Shown: positions 1-13,240, counted from the first letter of the stretch. The stretch: DNA of 64,000 nt from Sphagnum compactum (GCA_965153455.1 OZ234493.1:31238213-31302212); one strand, 5' to 3'. The notes: generated from the letters alone by a model not told the origin. Program-made: numbers and translations.

Positions 1-35
1 GCAAGCTCCTCCTGGTCGACCTTCCTCTTCTCCAT
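1..35 (-). CDS. Probable start of an unidentified protein-coding gene (MEKRKVDQEEL...), truncated by the window edge
   Basis: ATG at 35-33 in a GCCGCCAC-ATG-G context, with an in-frame TGA upstream (71-69). A CAG-rich leader and a telo-box (AAACCCTA, ~141-148) lie upstream. Only 11 full codons are visible. Confidence 0.4.
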   Translation of the reverse strand, partial: MEKRKVDQEEL

Positions 36-537
36 GTGGCGGCGGAGCTGCTGCTGCTGCTTTTGTGGTCAAAAAAAGAGTGAGATCTTGCATATGGCAA
101 CTGAACTCGCTGCACTGATGATGAAATTGCTGCTTCCCAAAAACCCTAGGCAATCGCTCTGTCTCTCTCTTGCTCCGCACAATCCAAGAGCATTCCAAGC
201 AGACCCAAATGCAATTCCCTCTCAAGCGTCCAACCCAAATGTCATCTGTCTCACACCACCACCTGCGGATTTGTTGGTGGGACAATTCCGGAGTGAATAT
301 AATCAGGCCGGTTGCCATGGCCCTAAAACCCCTCCAAAACCGTGGCACCCTAAAAAGGATGGCTCGCACGCCAGTAACCCTAAAAAGGGTGGAGCACCAG
401 GAATGTGTTCCTACTGTTTGGTAGGGGAATATGGGTAGAGAACTCATAAAATAAGCTCCAGAGAACCAATGGTGAAATCAGTTTTGGAAACGAAATTACA
501 AAGTTACAAATAGTACATTAGAGCACAGTGGCTTTTC

Positions 538-1010
538 ACTATACAAATTCACTTACAATTGGGCTGAAATTTCTCGTATGAAATGTGAGATCCTTGCGAG
601 ATGCAGCTCAATTTTGGAGAGAATATACCTATTTTGAGCATGGTGACCTACAGTTCGACTGAATTTCTCAAGAGTGAAATGTGAAATTTCTTGTGAGTTG
701 CAGGCTCAGTTTTCAAGAGACTTGTGAGAGCAAATGGCTGAATTTCTCCAGAGCGAAATGTGAGATCCTTGTGAGGTGCGGCTCATATTCAGAGATAATA
801 AAGTTTGAGCATGGTGACTTTCAATATACACATTCACTTACAGTTCAGCTGATATTCTCAAGAGTCAAATGGGAAATCACTTGAGAAGTGCCGCTTTGCT
901 ATGCTTTCCAGAGACGTGTGAGAGAAAATGGCTGAATTTCTCAAGAATGAAATGTGAAATCCTCATCTGGTGCAGATCAATTTCCAAGAAGCTTGTGAGA
1001 GAAAATGAAA
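538..1010. repeat. Degenerate tandem repeat, ~5 copies of an 80-110 bp unit (core CTGAATTTCTCAAGAGTGAAATGTGAGATCCTTG)
   Basis: The core motif recurs at ~563, 659, 738, 848 and 931. Confidence 0.7.
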
Positions 1011-2115
1011 GCTTGTGACTGTCCTTGGATATTAATGACCCTTCACAGGTCCTATGGTGGATTCAGGTACCCTTAACTGCTCTACAAATAGGTCAGGTTC
1101 TCAAATCACTCCCAATTTAGTGAAATTGCTCTATATTGGAATTTTGGCAACCATCCAATCCCAGCCTGGCTGATTCTTAGATCACATTGGAACATTGGGA
1201 ACATCAGTCAATGGTACATATACCAACCCTTTACCCTCTTGTCTCTTCCAAAAAAAAGAGAGAAACACTGAATTCAACACCCCATCAGACCATATGCTTG
1301 GTAAAACCAGATTTCTTTCAGCCATTGAATCATTTGACACTACAGGGGAAGAGAAAACTGACACCTTTGGATCCATTTTGAGACCTTCAGCTATGGAAAA
1401 CAGGTGGAAGAATTTGCATTGGATGAAACCCAATGCAATGAGCATGCTGATGGTGTAACTCAGACATGAAGTTCAATCTCTGCAGTCAACAATTGAGCAC
1501 TTCAGACTAGCAAATGTGCTATCCAGATGCAGCCTCCAAAGCATGTGTGTGATTTTGTTCATTGGCAGAAATCTGTTGATCCAAACTCGAAAAGCTCTAC
1601 CACTTATAGACATGGAATTGCTAACAGATCAAAAGCCTTGAAACATCTGCAACATTCTTGTGCATGAGCATCTTTAAGTGCAGAGGAGCTATTACATTCC
1701 ATGATTCTTAAGAACCAATGCCCTCCTGAATCAAAACAGCAGATTCTATACACAGAAAATCTAACTTTCAAATTGGCCAACTCCTGTCACTCACAATCAT
1801 CAGATGTGAAGGTTGTATTGAGTAACACAACTCCCATCTTAGTTGCATCTTCACCACATTGTCTAATATATGTACTTGTCCCTTTGTGCTATTTCTGATC
1901 TTAAGTGACATAGCTTAAACCTGTCCACTGTTTAAGTACAGATGATCTTCATTAAACTGCAGTTGGTCCACAAATCAAACAAGTTCTGACGCTACTTTTG
2001 CTGTCATGATGAGAACCATTGGTGTCAGCTTGACAATGAAACACAAGAATCTACTGTTTTTGCCTCGTAGACATAGCAAAGCACAGATAAACTACTGAAG
2101 ACATGGAAGGTAAGA

Positions 2116-5100
2116 CTATACAGGAGAAAGTGATGGAATTGGAATGGAGCCACAACAGTGGTAGTACCCATTTTCATCATAGACAAAACGCTGTGATAAC
2201 TGTACTTCAGAGATTTGGTGCTGACCCCAGTCATGGGCTCCATATGAGGCAACTATCTCCCTAGCATCAAAAGGAATTCACCCTCGGAATGTCTGACGAC
2301 CTCCCCTGCCAAATCATTGACAATACTTAGCCTCTTCTGGCAAACATATATCTCCCTAAAAGACTATCTCTCAAAAAGCCATCAACCTGTCACCCTATCT
2401 CTTCATGCCTTCTGAGTTACCCCTTTTGCTATTGTTTCCCTTGTGAACAAAACTCACCTGTAGTTCCACAGCAGATAGAAAGTGCATACCTATTACGACG
2501 TTGTGTTGTATTCATCAGCGTTGCATGCAACTGTAACACTCAAAGTTTCCACAATTAGAAACAAAACAAGTAATTTGCATTGTTCAATTGAAGTGTTCAA
2601 TAAGCCAACAGAAATGCTATTAGCAGCAAGATCTCCTTCTCTTGCTCCTGGTCCAACATAGTCTTCCCTGTACACCACAAAGGTCCATAGACACTCAACT
2701 GAACCTCACCTTAAGACTGTGTTCCTGATCTTTCTGAAGAACAAGGCCCGACTCCACAAATGCTCCAGTAAGAACATCTACAATAGTGTTAAAGAAGCCA
2801 CTTGATTGTAACCCAAGGCAATGCCTTGATCCAGTAGTGCAAGGCATGAGTGCAACTGAATTGGTAGTGCCCCACTCCCCTCTCTCACCCACCCTCCAGA
2901 GGGGAAAGATGCATCACATCTGAAGGTCTGACATTGTGGATACTGCAGATTTGAAGAAGACAACTTGCTTGCTCATCAGCTTCTACTCTTGCATACAATA
3001 CATGCGCTTTCTGAAGATTGCCTTGCATGCACTCCTGGAGTCAGGAAAAGAGCACAACCACCGTCAAAGAGACAAACATTACAGCTTATGGTTACAGCTA
3101 TGCAAGCATTCTCGTTGAAAAAGATTACACATATGATCACACATACAATCACAGAAACAAAATGCAATTACCACGCCTGCAAGTTTCACTGCAAGTGGAT
3201 GACCCTTGAGTGCCTTGTGTATATCAGGCATCACTCTCTGCAAAAACCATCAAACACTTACTGTTAAGGTCAGCAATTATCTCTGTCACCAAAACTTTCC
3301 CCACAGAAATTCCTGAATCTTAAAGAAGCTGCAGGCAGAGAGAGGAGATGTCATACCTGCAAGCAGTCCTGGGCCATGCACACACGCTCCTCATTCCATA
3401 GTTTCAGCATTAACAGTGTCAAATGAAATGTGGCAGGCTTAACAAATATAGACTCATCCACACCTCTGTATGCTGGAGCAATACAAGCAATTCAGACACC
3501 AAACCTCATAATTCTGTCAGCACACAAGACCAGCAAACATAATTCCTCTGGAGATTGTTTGAATAGAGTCTATGTTTTTTTTTTAAATCACTCTCTTTCC
3601 CATCTTCTTTTAATCAACACTGGGCAGATTCACCTATGGAGTGGATATTCTTGACCTATGAGATGGGTAAACTGGTCATGAGATGAGGTGACCTCAAGTT
3701 GAAAACCCTCACCGTCAGAGGAGGCATCAGCAGATGTCAAAACAGATTCACAAAAGGATTTCACCCTTTCCACCAATGTCAGGTTGGATGCCAACGGTAT
3801 TGATATGAAATGTGAGTATTGCAATCTGGGACTTTGGATCGTCTGTCAGAAAAGACAACCACCTGTGTCAACACTCACAAATAGATCGATGAAGTTGCAG
3901 AGAAATCTCCACAACAACAATTAAAGGTAACACGACAATGAGTGCAGTCATAACCTCATGAGAGTCGCTCACAAAGTGACAGACCATCACCTTCATCACG
4001 AACGGCAGTGACGAGCTGCCATGACCAACACTCACAAATTACTAACTGTCCATGCAATTCTGCGGAAAGTAGGAGGATATGGTCTACAGAAATCGAAGTG
4101 AAGAATTGACCTCCTCCAAAATCTGTTTGATTTGGAGCACTGCAGCATCTACAGCCTCTTGTGATGGCCCTCTCACCACTGTTCAATGATCCAACCATAG
4201 AACCCATTAGACCTTCATTCAAACCCATGATGGGCTCTGCATTTCTTATCAGTAAAGACATTAGCAAAAAAAAATTTAAATAAGGATTTGGCTGAGAGTT
4301 TTGAACTCGACCATACCAACAGGATTATGACTCTTTGCCTCATCTCGACGTGGAACACATAGCTCTGCACCTGTATCAGCTTCTATTTGCTTCTTTGTGC
4401 TTGCACTGCAACCACAGAATTGGAAATTTAATGGTTAGCCAGATGTAAGTCTCAGGGTATCTACTGGAATCCTTCTTAGTCACCACTTTTCACACAGATA
4501 TGTCATATCGTGAGGGACTGGAATATGTAAAACCAACAGAATGCCCCAACATGTGGAAGTGCAGTTCAAGTTGATCCATCTCCTCTATGAGCTCAGAGAG
4601 AACAACTTGTATGCATATGCATAACAGGGTCATCAGAGAATATTGAGATGCAAACCAAGTGACAAGAGAATACAGCCCAGAAATAGTACCCCTTTCCAAT
4701 GATGAAGCCCATGAGTGCCTCATCCACCTGTTCCCAATTTAACACTGCAACTATGAATTGCTTAACCAGACACAACCTTCCATAACACCAAGATATAATG
4801 AACCAAGTCAAGATTCAGCAGCTCAGAGGAGTGTCAACTCGTTTTTGCTATGAATCAAGAATCTAATATTTCGAGTGGTTGCAAGAACATACATGCATAT
4901 GACAACCAGAACTTCCAAACATTATAGAGCATAAAATCCAGACCTGAACTGAAGCTGAATGCATTTCTGTACCATCAACCACGGCAGTGGTACTACAACA
5001 CCTCCATTTTGTAACTACAGGTGCTCTTTCTGCAGCCCTGTCCCCTATCACTCAAGACAAAAGCAGTTGCAGTTCACCATGAGATAGAGGCACGACCTAG

Positions 5101-6452
5101 GAAGCATGGCAACATGTGTAAACCGAGTACCTTGCAGCCATACCATTCCCATACTCCAAAAAAATTATACATATCTCCATAACTACTGAGAAATTCTCCA
5201 TGCTTACACTTTATTTCAACCTGAAAACAATTCAGAGAGGACCTAAAAATTAGGTTATAGAGATTTCAGAGGCAACAGCGTAGCAGCAAACATGAAACAG
5301 AAAAAATGGGAACAGGGAGACTCAACCCTTGAAACCAGAGAAAAGACTGAGGAACAGTTCTGGACAACAGCAAGTCACATGCACCACATGCATCACTCAG
5401 TAACCTTCAACTGAGTCCCAGGAAATCAAATTGTGAAATGCTTCTGTTGGTTTCCCAAAGCTTGGGAAGCATGAAACAGCAGAAACAAACTGGGTTGATG
5501 TGCACAACCCACCTTGAGACAACTCAGGATCCTGAATGTCTTGAGAATCTTGAGAAACCTGATCTTGAGAATTAGCTGGGTCAGCCATGGGCATGCCACT
5601 CAGCTCATGCCTTGCTCTTCTTCTTTGTCTTGTCTCACGAACAAAAGCTAAGGCCGCTTTGAAATCCAGACCTGTGCGTGCGAAAGAACAACCAATTGTT
5701 TCCACACTACCAGATTGACCTCTTCGCACCTAGACATCAAGGAGTACATCAACACACAATAACAGGGCACAAAAAGATGTATAATAATTTCACCACAGGT
5801 GTAACAAGCTTACACTTGTAGAGCATTCGTTCAGAAAAAACTATTCGTGAAATTGAACTTCAGGAGCAGCTTGAGCAGCAATTCACTTTCGCCTAGCTGA
5901 GGGTCCAAAAGTGGAACTGAGCAGGATGCTACAATAGTCAGCAGGATTCAACAACAGTGAGAGCCATAGCTAAAGAACCATGTGGTTTAGGGTTCAGGGT
6001 TCAGGGTTTAGGGTTTACCTCTGCAGACAAGGCAGTTCTCACGGACCTCTGGGGTGCGGAGCTTCTGCTTCCAGTTTGGTGGCCTGCCCACACACCAATT
6101 GAAGAAATCAAATGCAATTCTTTGTTGAGCTACATCCTACAGCGTAAGAAAATTGCGCAACCCAATGCTTCAAGACCTGAATCTTCTGGTAGCTAACTCC
6201 CCCACAACATTATTTTATTTTATTTTGCACCCGGATCTGCCGCATGTCGAGAAATGGAGAAAGGAAGACAACGGATCAAGACAATCTTATTCCCATGATT
6301 TGGAATCCAAATACTCAGTAACCTGAACCAAGTGAGAGAAAAGTTCACTCACCAACACGAATGGGTCGCCAGAGCCCAAGATCGAAGACGTATGAAGAGC
6401 GGGAATGCTTGTAAAAGGGCGGCACACTACGACACAACAAACCCACCACCAT
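2116..6452 (-). CDS. ASCC1: ASCC1-like / eukaryotic LigT protein (KH domain + AKAP7-type 2H phosphoesterase), 14 exons, ~459 codons, with an in-frame TGA in the last exon
   Basis: Phase-consistent GT-AG exons: 6452-6353, 6083-6019, 5729-5513, 5044-4944, 4727-4690, 4405-4317, 4178-4111, 3842-3713, 3472-3357, 3237-3172, 3034-2944, 2777-2710, 2530-2490, 2305-2116. Translation gives KH (VDEALMGFIIGKGASTKKQIEADTGAEL), YSHFISIPL, FHLTLLMLKLW (first HxT), LHATLMNT (second HxT) and C-terminal IPFDARE...LSQRFVYDENGYYHCCGSIP. Exons 1-3 are less certain. Premature TGA at 2280-2278. Confidence 0.9.
5986..6017 (+). repeat. Short interstitial telomere-like tract TTTAGGG-TTCAGGG-TTCAGGG-TTTAGGG-TTTA at the start of ASCC1 intron 2
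   Basis: Read directly; it overlaps the GTAAAC donor on the minus strand. Confidence 0.8.
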
Positions 6453-6643
6453 CCTCTCGAAAGAAGCGAGAAAAAACTCGTCACAATCGGCAGAACCTCG
6501 CAGCTCGACGACCGCCGCGAGGCCCACGGTCGAAGCTTGAGCCCAGCGTTTGGCTGCAGCCTGCCGCCCGGGATGTGGCGGTGGCGGGCGGGGCCGCTCA
6601 CCAGCTGCCGCCACCGAGTCGCTGCTCCAACAGATGACATTAA

Positions 6644-6858
6644 ACTAGCCAAGGGTCTTTAAATGCATCCAGTACCAAAAGTACTTCTGCGATTTTTTTC
6701 CCGAGTCTGCCCTTTGCCCTGTCATTTTTCCATCTTGTGATGTCTAGCCTGTTTTGCGATACCAGGCACATGTTTCTCTCATACCCTACCATGTTTTACA
6801 CTCGTAACATACCAGAAGTACTTTTGGTACTGGCTGCATTTAAGACCCTTTGGCTAGT
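6644..6858. mobile_element. MITE (~215 bp) with ~46 bp terminal inverted repeats, flanked by TTAA
   Basis: Left ACTAGCCAAGGGTCTTTAAATGCATCCAGTACCAAAAGTACTTCTG; right CAGAAGTACTTTTGGTACTGGCTGCATTTAAGACCCTTTGGCTAGT. TTAA at 6640-6643 and 6859-6862. Confidence 0.85.
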
Positions 6859-6949
6859 TTAATATCTTCTCGGTGATTTGTGGTCACCAACTTGTGTCTT
6901 CCCGACGTTATTTCACTGACAAATCATAAATGTGTCACAATTCGATGCG

Positions 6950-9900
6950 TGGGTAATGTGAGTCCCTTGAGCAAACTGACAACAAAACATGTCATGTTTT
7001 GATGGCAGTTCGGCATTTAGCTTTGACACCCAAAAACAATGGGCCTCAAGACATAGCCATCATCAAAACATGGCAACTTTCGAGGCCCACCATCACATGT
7101 TTCGATGCTCGGGCAGGGAGACACCCGAAACCTACCCCCCATAGAAATATGTCAAGTTTCGACAAGCGGCTTGACATAAATTTCAATGCTTGGGCCACTT
7201 GAGACTCAAAACACACCACCCATCAAAACATGTAAAGTTTCAAGATTTATGTTTTGGTGTCATATGCCCATGCTCCATGCAAAACCCGGCCATGCCCCAT
7301 CAATAGTGTTTTACATTTTTTTCCACTTTCGCATCGTCTTTCATTTTTCTCTTCAAAACATAGCATTGTTATGCATGACCATTCTTAAGAACCTATAGCA
7401 TGTATTGTTTTACTTGTTGAAGCTTCTTGTTGTTGCAGGTTCACGATGATTTGTATATTGTTTTCTAGTGATTAACACATGTTGTTCCAAAGGTTGCAAA
7501 CTTGCCCACCGAATGTTTGCTCTCAAAAAAAATAAGTTGTCTCCTTCTATCGTGTTCATTCCTATGTTGTTTGTTTGGGTCTGTGTTATCTTGTTGTTGT
7601 TCATAAGAAAACTTACTCAAGGCTTATATTGGGTTCCTATAAAAATTAGATTCTTATACATTACAATTTGTCTCACTTAGCTACAGCTAGTTCTTATAAA
7701 CAAATATAGACATTGTTACATGTCATGTTTTCAACTTAAGCTTCCTAAGTTTGAGTCCCATATGAGTTCACAATATACCACTTTAAAAGTTTTGATGTAA
7801 AGTTCCAACATAGAAGTTTATGTTGTTATGTTTTGCTTTCCAAAAATTAAACAATTTATTAAAAAGTTTAAAGTAGATAAAGCATTACAGAATGTTTGTT
7901 TCATTTTCTAGTTTATTTGTGCCTGCATGTTCCAACATTATATGTTACAATCCAAACATTTTTGTGCATGTTTTTGTTGAGGTAGAAAGTTTCTAAGTTA
8001 CATGTTTCTTATTTTTGTGCAATAAACAACTGACCTGTTTAGAAAACTATGTTTCTTGAGTACGGATAGTTGTTTAGCTGAGTTAGATCTTGCAATGCTC
8101 CTCCCACAACTCATGGGTGTTCCTAGATAATGTTTCAAAGTTATCCCAATGTTATTTTTGAACATCCAAGTGCATTGGATGAAGTCTCACAAAAATGTGA
8201 CTCTTCAATGAACTTGTGACATTCCTAAACAAGGGTTGTATGGTTTTTTTTCATGATTCTAGTTAAGCAAGGTGATCCGAGGGATGTAACACTCAAAACA
8301 TGACATTAAGAAGCAACTACACTAACATGTATATGTTACAGAATAGTTTAAAATTACATGTTTTTACATGTTTTTAGATTATTTTTCTCTAGACATGTTT
8401 CAACTATTGAATCGCACGATAATTTCAGAAATTATCAAGTCCAAGTTTTCAAAATGCATGTTTTAATTAGCTTTATGTACTTACATCTGTTATGTTTCTA
8501 ATTCTGATAATCAACATCAATCATAACAACCCTAAAGTGATTGATCAAAAGCAAGTGAATGTTTGAAGGAAATGTTATGGTGTATCCCATAAATTGCTTT
8601 TAAACATTCATGTATAATCAATTAACCCCTATTTCTAATATATTTTTGGTGAAGTTGACTTGTTATGTTATTATAGTGTTTTTCCCACATCCATTGGGTG
8701 TTTTTAGATAATGTTTGAAGGTTACCTTGATCTTACCCTCAAACATCCATCGGCGTTGGGTGAAGTTTTATGACTTGGTTGCGTTAGTGACTCTTTTGCA
8801 TTGATACACAAGGGTTGCTTTTGTTCATGTTTTGGGTGAAGCAAGGTGACGAAAGCAAACATACCCCTAGAATATGACATAAAGAAGAAAATAAACATGT
8901 TGCAAATAAACATAAGCTCTAAAACATGATAGAAACATGTGTTTTGAAACTACATGAATAACAAAAATTAAAAACGTACGAAACATGACAGAAACATGTG
9001 TTCCAAAACTACAGGAATAACAAAAGTTAAGAATGTATGAAACATGATAGAAAGAAAACTTGAAACTAAAAACATGACAATTGTGTGTGCAAAACTTAGA
9101 TACTAAAACATTATGTTTGAATTGCATTGCATAGAAATTTTTGAACATAACATCAAATGAAAAAAATCCTAGACATCGTTGATTTCCTATAAACTTGGTA
9201 TCATTCTGTGAAACTTGAAAACAATCTTGGAGGTCGTAGTTTTCCTTAAAACTAGGTATCACTCTCTAAAACCTATATTAAACCATCGTTTGTCGCATCT
9301 TCACCATCCATCAACAAACATTCCAAGGGGACATCCTCTATATAAACAAAAGCTTGATTATCTTGATAATGCCCACATCACAGTAGTGTACATCCATCTC
9401 ATTTGAGGTGGGTATTTTTGTTTTCTTCATAAGCAACACACGATTGATAAACATGTAAATTTTTAACTAGAAAATCGATCAGGCATGCAATTATAATGTG
9501 GCATAGTTCATCGATCAGGCATGTGATTGTAATGTGGCAAGTCTTTAGTCCTCTTGCAAGTTGTATTTTTTAACAACCACATCTCTTACAATTGATAGAT
9601 GTAACCACATTACGAACCAAACATTTGATAATCAAGAATTTCATTAGTGAAGAGGTCATGCAATTCGATTTAAAAACTACATAGGACCTAAGACAATGAT
9701 CAAGCATATGATAAATGTAATGTTGCTCCAAGAGATTTTACTTGATGAATAATTTGTTTATTATTTTATGATCACAGTGAATGGGGCTCATGAATGGATG
9801 ATTCATACATTGAATATTGACAAGATTTTGGTTGTTTCTTCAATTGCCTATCTTCATCATTCATGGATGGACTTTCCTATAATGACACGAGTGAGCAAGT

Positions 9901-12900
9901 GGGTGAGCCTACTCAAGTGAACATGAAAGAATCTTAAAACATATTCCATGCCATGTCATGGAAAATTTTTAATATATTCATCTACAACATGGAAACACCA
10001 AAGTGTAACAGTTGTACCCTTGCAAAGTTATAATAGCTTATGCTCTCTATCAGAGAACATGATCCTTTGTAACCCTAAAAGAATCGTGAAGCAACATTTT
10101 TTTAATTCTCAAAATGTTGCCAAAAAATTAAATAAAAATGTAATAGTTTCAAATTTTAAGGGTTTGAAGGTTCATATTATTGTTTGTTTGTTACCAACCA
10201 TTCATACTTGAAAAATAGCTCTGAAATGGAAATGTTTCTACAAACATGGAACCCACAATTATACATAGATTTAAATATAACAAATTGAAAGGCATGTGGT
10301 AATAATGCATTGTTCCATTTGAAATGGCCCCCATGGCTTTTATTTTATTATGGAAATGTTTTTCTATGGTCTCATTCACATTCATTTAATTGTTGTCAGG
10401 TAGTATGTTTGGTTGTGTCTCTTGGAGAAGATCTATTCTAGATTTTCACTTATGCACACACACCCCTTGGATGTCTTGTGCAAAACACAAGACAAAAACC
10501 CTTTCAAGTCTAACAATTTGCTCCCCATTAATTAGCAAAGTCCCTGAAACAATTCCTTAAAAGAAACATGTTGCACACTTCATGTTTCCCAAAAACACAT
10601 TCCACATTTATTTTTAATCAACAAAGAGTAGCTCATAAATGATCCAGAAGTTCTAAAACAGATGACACCATTTTAGCACAATGTAAAAAAATTCCCTCTT
10701 GTTTCAATTTAGGTTAAAAAGGGTAGCTCATAAATGATACACAAGTTTTAAATATATTATGTGAAAAGCATGTCAACATAACAGTACAACCAAAAAGTTA
10801 TATCATCAACCTTAATCCTTTTGTGTCCAAATATTATTCATCCCATGTCTTATCCCCAATGCTAAATGAACTCATTTGTAATGTAGCTCTACAAACCTTA
10901 CAACCTTGTCTTGTGGAATTCATTCAAATATACAAAAGGAGCTTGGACTAGTCCTTCTCCATGTCGATAACTTGATACAACAATTCTCCATATATCCATA
11001 GTCCGAGATGTTGTTTGTCATTTGACAATTAAGAACCTGACTAACTTGATAAGCACAATTTACACACTGGTGTTATACATACAAAGCAAAATGCACATTA
11101 ATATTCATTTACAAGCTTAGACTTGGAGAGAAAAATGTGAATCTCGACCACATGTTTAGTTTGTTGGAGTTTGGGCAACGGAGGTTCTACCCTTGAACTT
11201 TCTAAATTTTGATTATTATGCCAATTTCATACACTGTACTTAATGCAAGGCATCTTGGGAAGGTTCAATAACCAAATCTTCCCTTCCCCATCAAGAATTT
11301 AGCTAAGTAAAAATCACCTCCAATGGGTAAGACAAAATGATAATAGAATATGAACGTGTAAAGGTATAGATCACACAAACATACTTTAGACACACCTATG
11401 TTTTCCTACATGCAAACTCAACTATATGTTCCCAGTTTGATTGAGATTTAGTTTCACAAATCTATGGACCCTATATCAAGGTAAGAATAATAGATTTCAA
11501 GATTCAATAATATTATTAGTTTATATACAAACTTAATTAAGAAGCCATATATCCATCAATAGCTAATAGCTACAAAATGTACCTAGAACTGTAAACCCAA
11601 AACATAATCTTTAGCCCAACAGTGAAGAGAACAAACTGCTTGCAATGTTCTAACCACAACTAGGCCTAGGTTAAAAGCTCAATATACATTTTGTATTACT
11701 ATCCTTAAGCGGTTCCCAATTCCTGGAGTTTGAACTACTAGCATCTTCCATAAATATATGGGTCTAAACTTTGAGTTTAAGCTTGTTCCCACATCTTTCA
11801 AGCACATGGACATCACCTTGCATCGCATCCTCTATTGGTTGTGTGGAAAGAAAATCTTGAATGTATAAGGGAGGAGTGTGCACAAGGGGTGAACCTAGGG
11901 AATAGGATGAGCTTGGAAAACTCAACAAAGAAACATGTTGAGGGCATGATAACATGATTTCAACACATGTTTCCATCTTTTTTGTTGGTGTTGATCTTGT
12001 GAACATAGTGTTAGTCACCAATTCTTACAATGGAGGTATGCAACCAATTTCTACCAGAACTTGTTGTTTACAAGGGGAACAAGTGAAATGGCATTTTGTT
12101 GGGTGCTATTTGGGATGATATGAAATAACTAGTAAGCATTTTGTTGCTTGATGTTTACTACTCAATAAGGTGTTCACATGCTCTGGAAGGTTAGTTTTGG
12201 TTGCGTGTGGAGAATCACAATGTGTGGCCGACTCATGTTTGATTGCCAGTTCCAGACCTTTAGCAAAAATTAATTCCCCATTTGTGTTGTAAGGCAATGG
12301 AAACCAAGCTAGAAACATCTACTTCATCATGGTGGCAACCACATCTTCCACATCATTGTAGCCCAATTTATTTTATACTGTGTCAACATAGGTTGATTAG
12401 AACATGCAAACATCAACTCTCATAGCTCCCTCAATTCTGAACATAGATCATTCACTTGACCTTCTAGTTTATACATCCGCATTTGTAGTGTAAGCATTTC
12501 CGTTACATCGGACTATTTGCCAAATGTTCAAGATTTCAATACAAGCTTCTACTTGTTTGGAGTAAGAAACAGTTTATGTTTGGGTGTGGGAAATTGTTTT
12601 TCTGAGAATGTTAGATCCATTGTTTCAACTAGCTTGGAACCCAATCGATGAAGGGCATATTGTAATGTAGTAGCTAGTCCTTTGCCCAACTTAGTACCCA
12701 CATGTTGAAGGGAAACTTCTAACACATTTGTAGGAACTTCCACCTCCATTGCATCAAGGGCATCATGATTTCAAGTACCCATTTTAGCTTCATGGGAAGC
12801 TACAATGCATTTGCAACAACTTCCACCTCCATCACATCAATTGCATTCAAGTGTTGGTTGCCCATTTTAACCTCACAAAATCTAGAACCACTTTCACTTC

Positions 12901-13240
12901 GATCGATGTTTGGTCTACCCTTTTTTACAAACACCACAAACAAAATCATTGTAATTTATGCCTATCTTCTAGAGACACATTACAAAGAAGAATATACATT
13001 GTGGTTGAGGCTCAAAAAGAAAAGCACAAAATTAAGCATACATGGCAATGTTACACTTTGGAATGAATGACTATAATAGAAACCAAAATCCAAGCATTGC
13101 ACCCGCCCACTTGAATGTGAGATTCAAGATTAAGCTATTACTCATGTCATGTAAGTGTGCACATTTATTGCAACAAGATCCTCCATGGACAACATCTTTT
13201 CATTGGCAAACCATAAGTTACGACATAGTTATAATTTAAT
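6950..13240. mobile_element. Highly degenerate repeat region, probably DNA-transposon derived (superfamily not assignable)
   Basis: No long ORFs; dense AACATG/CATGTT motifs; internal duplications (~8100-8330 vs ~8680-8900, 9476-9540, ~12730-12850). Confidence 0.4.

Noticed and set aside
34-438. 134-aa plus-strand ORF
   Set aside because: It overlaps the likely leader/promoter of the minus-strand gene, is low-complexity and has no recognisable domain.
2278-2280. TGA as selenocysteine or an RNA-editing site
   Set aside because: Land plants lack the Sec machinery, the position is not a redox Cys site, and U-to-C editing is organellar whereas this is a spliced nuclear gene.
6287-6652. 121-aa ORF (ATG at 6640) as ASCC1 exon 1
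   Set aside because: Its frame hits a stop when spliced to exon 2; the ATG at 6452 gives a consistent phase.
9570-9900. Possible Ulp1-type protease relic (FISEEVMQF)
   Set aside because: Resemblance is too weak; no catalytic His or Cys motifs could be found.
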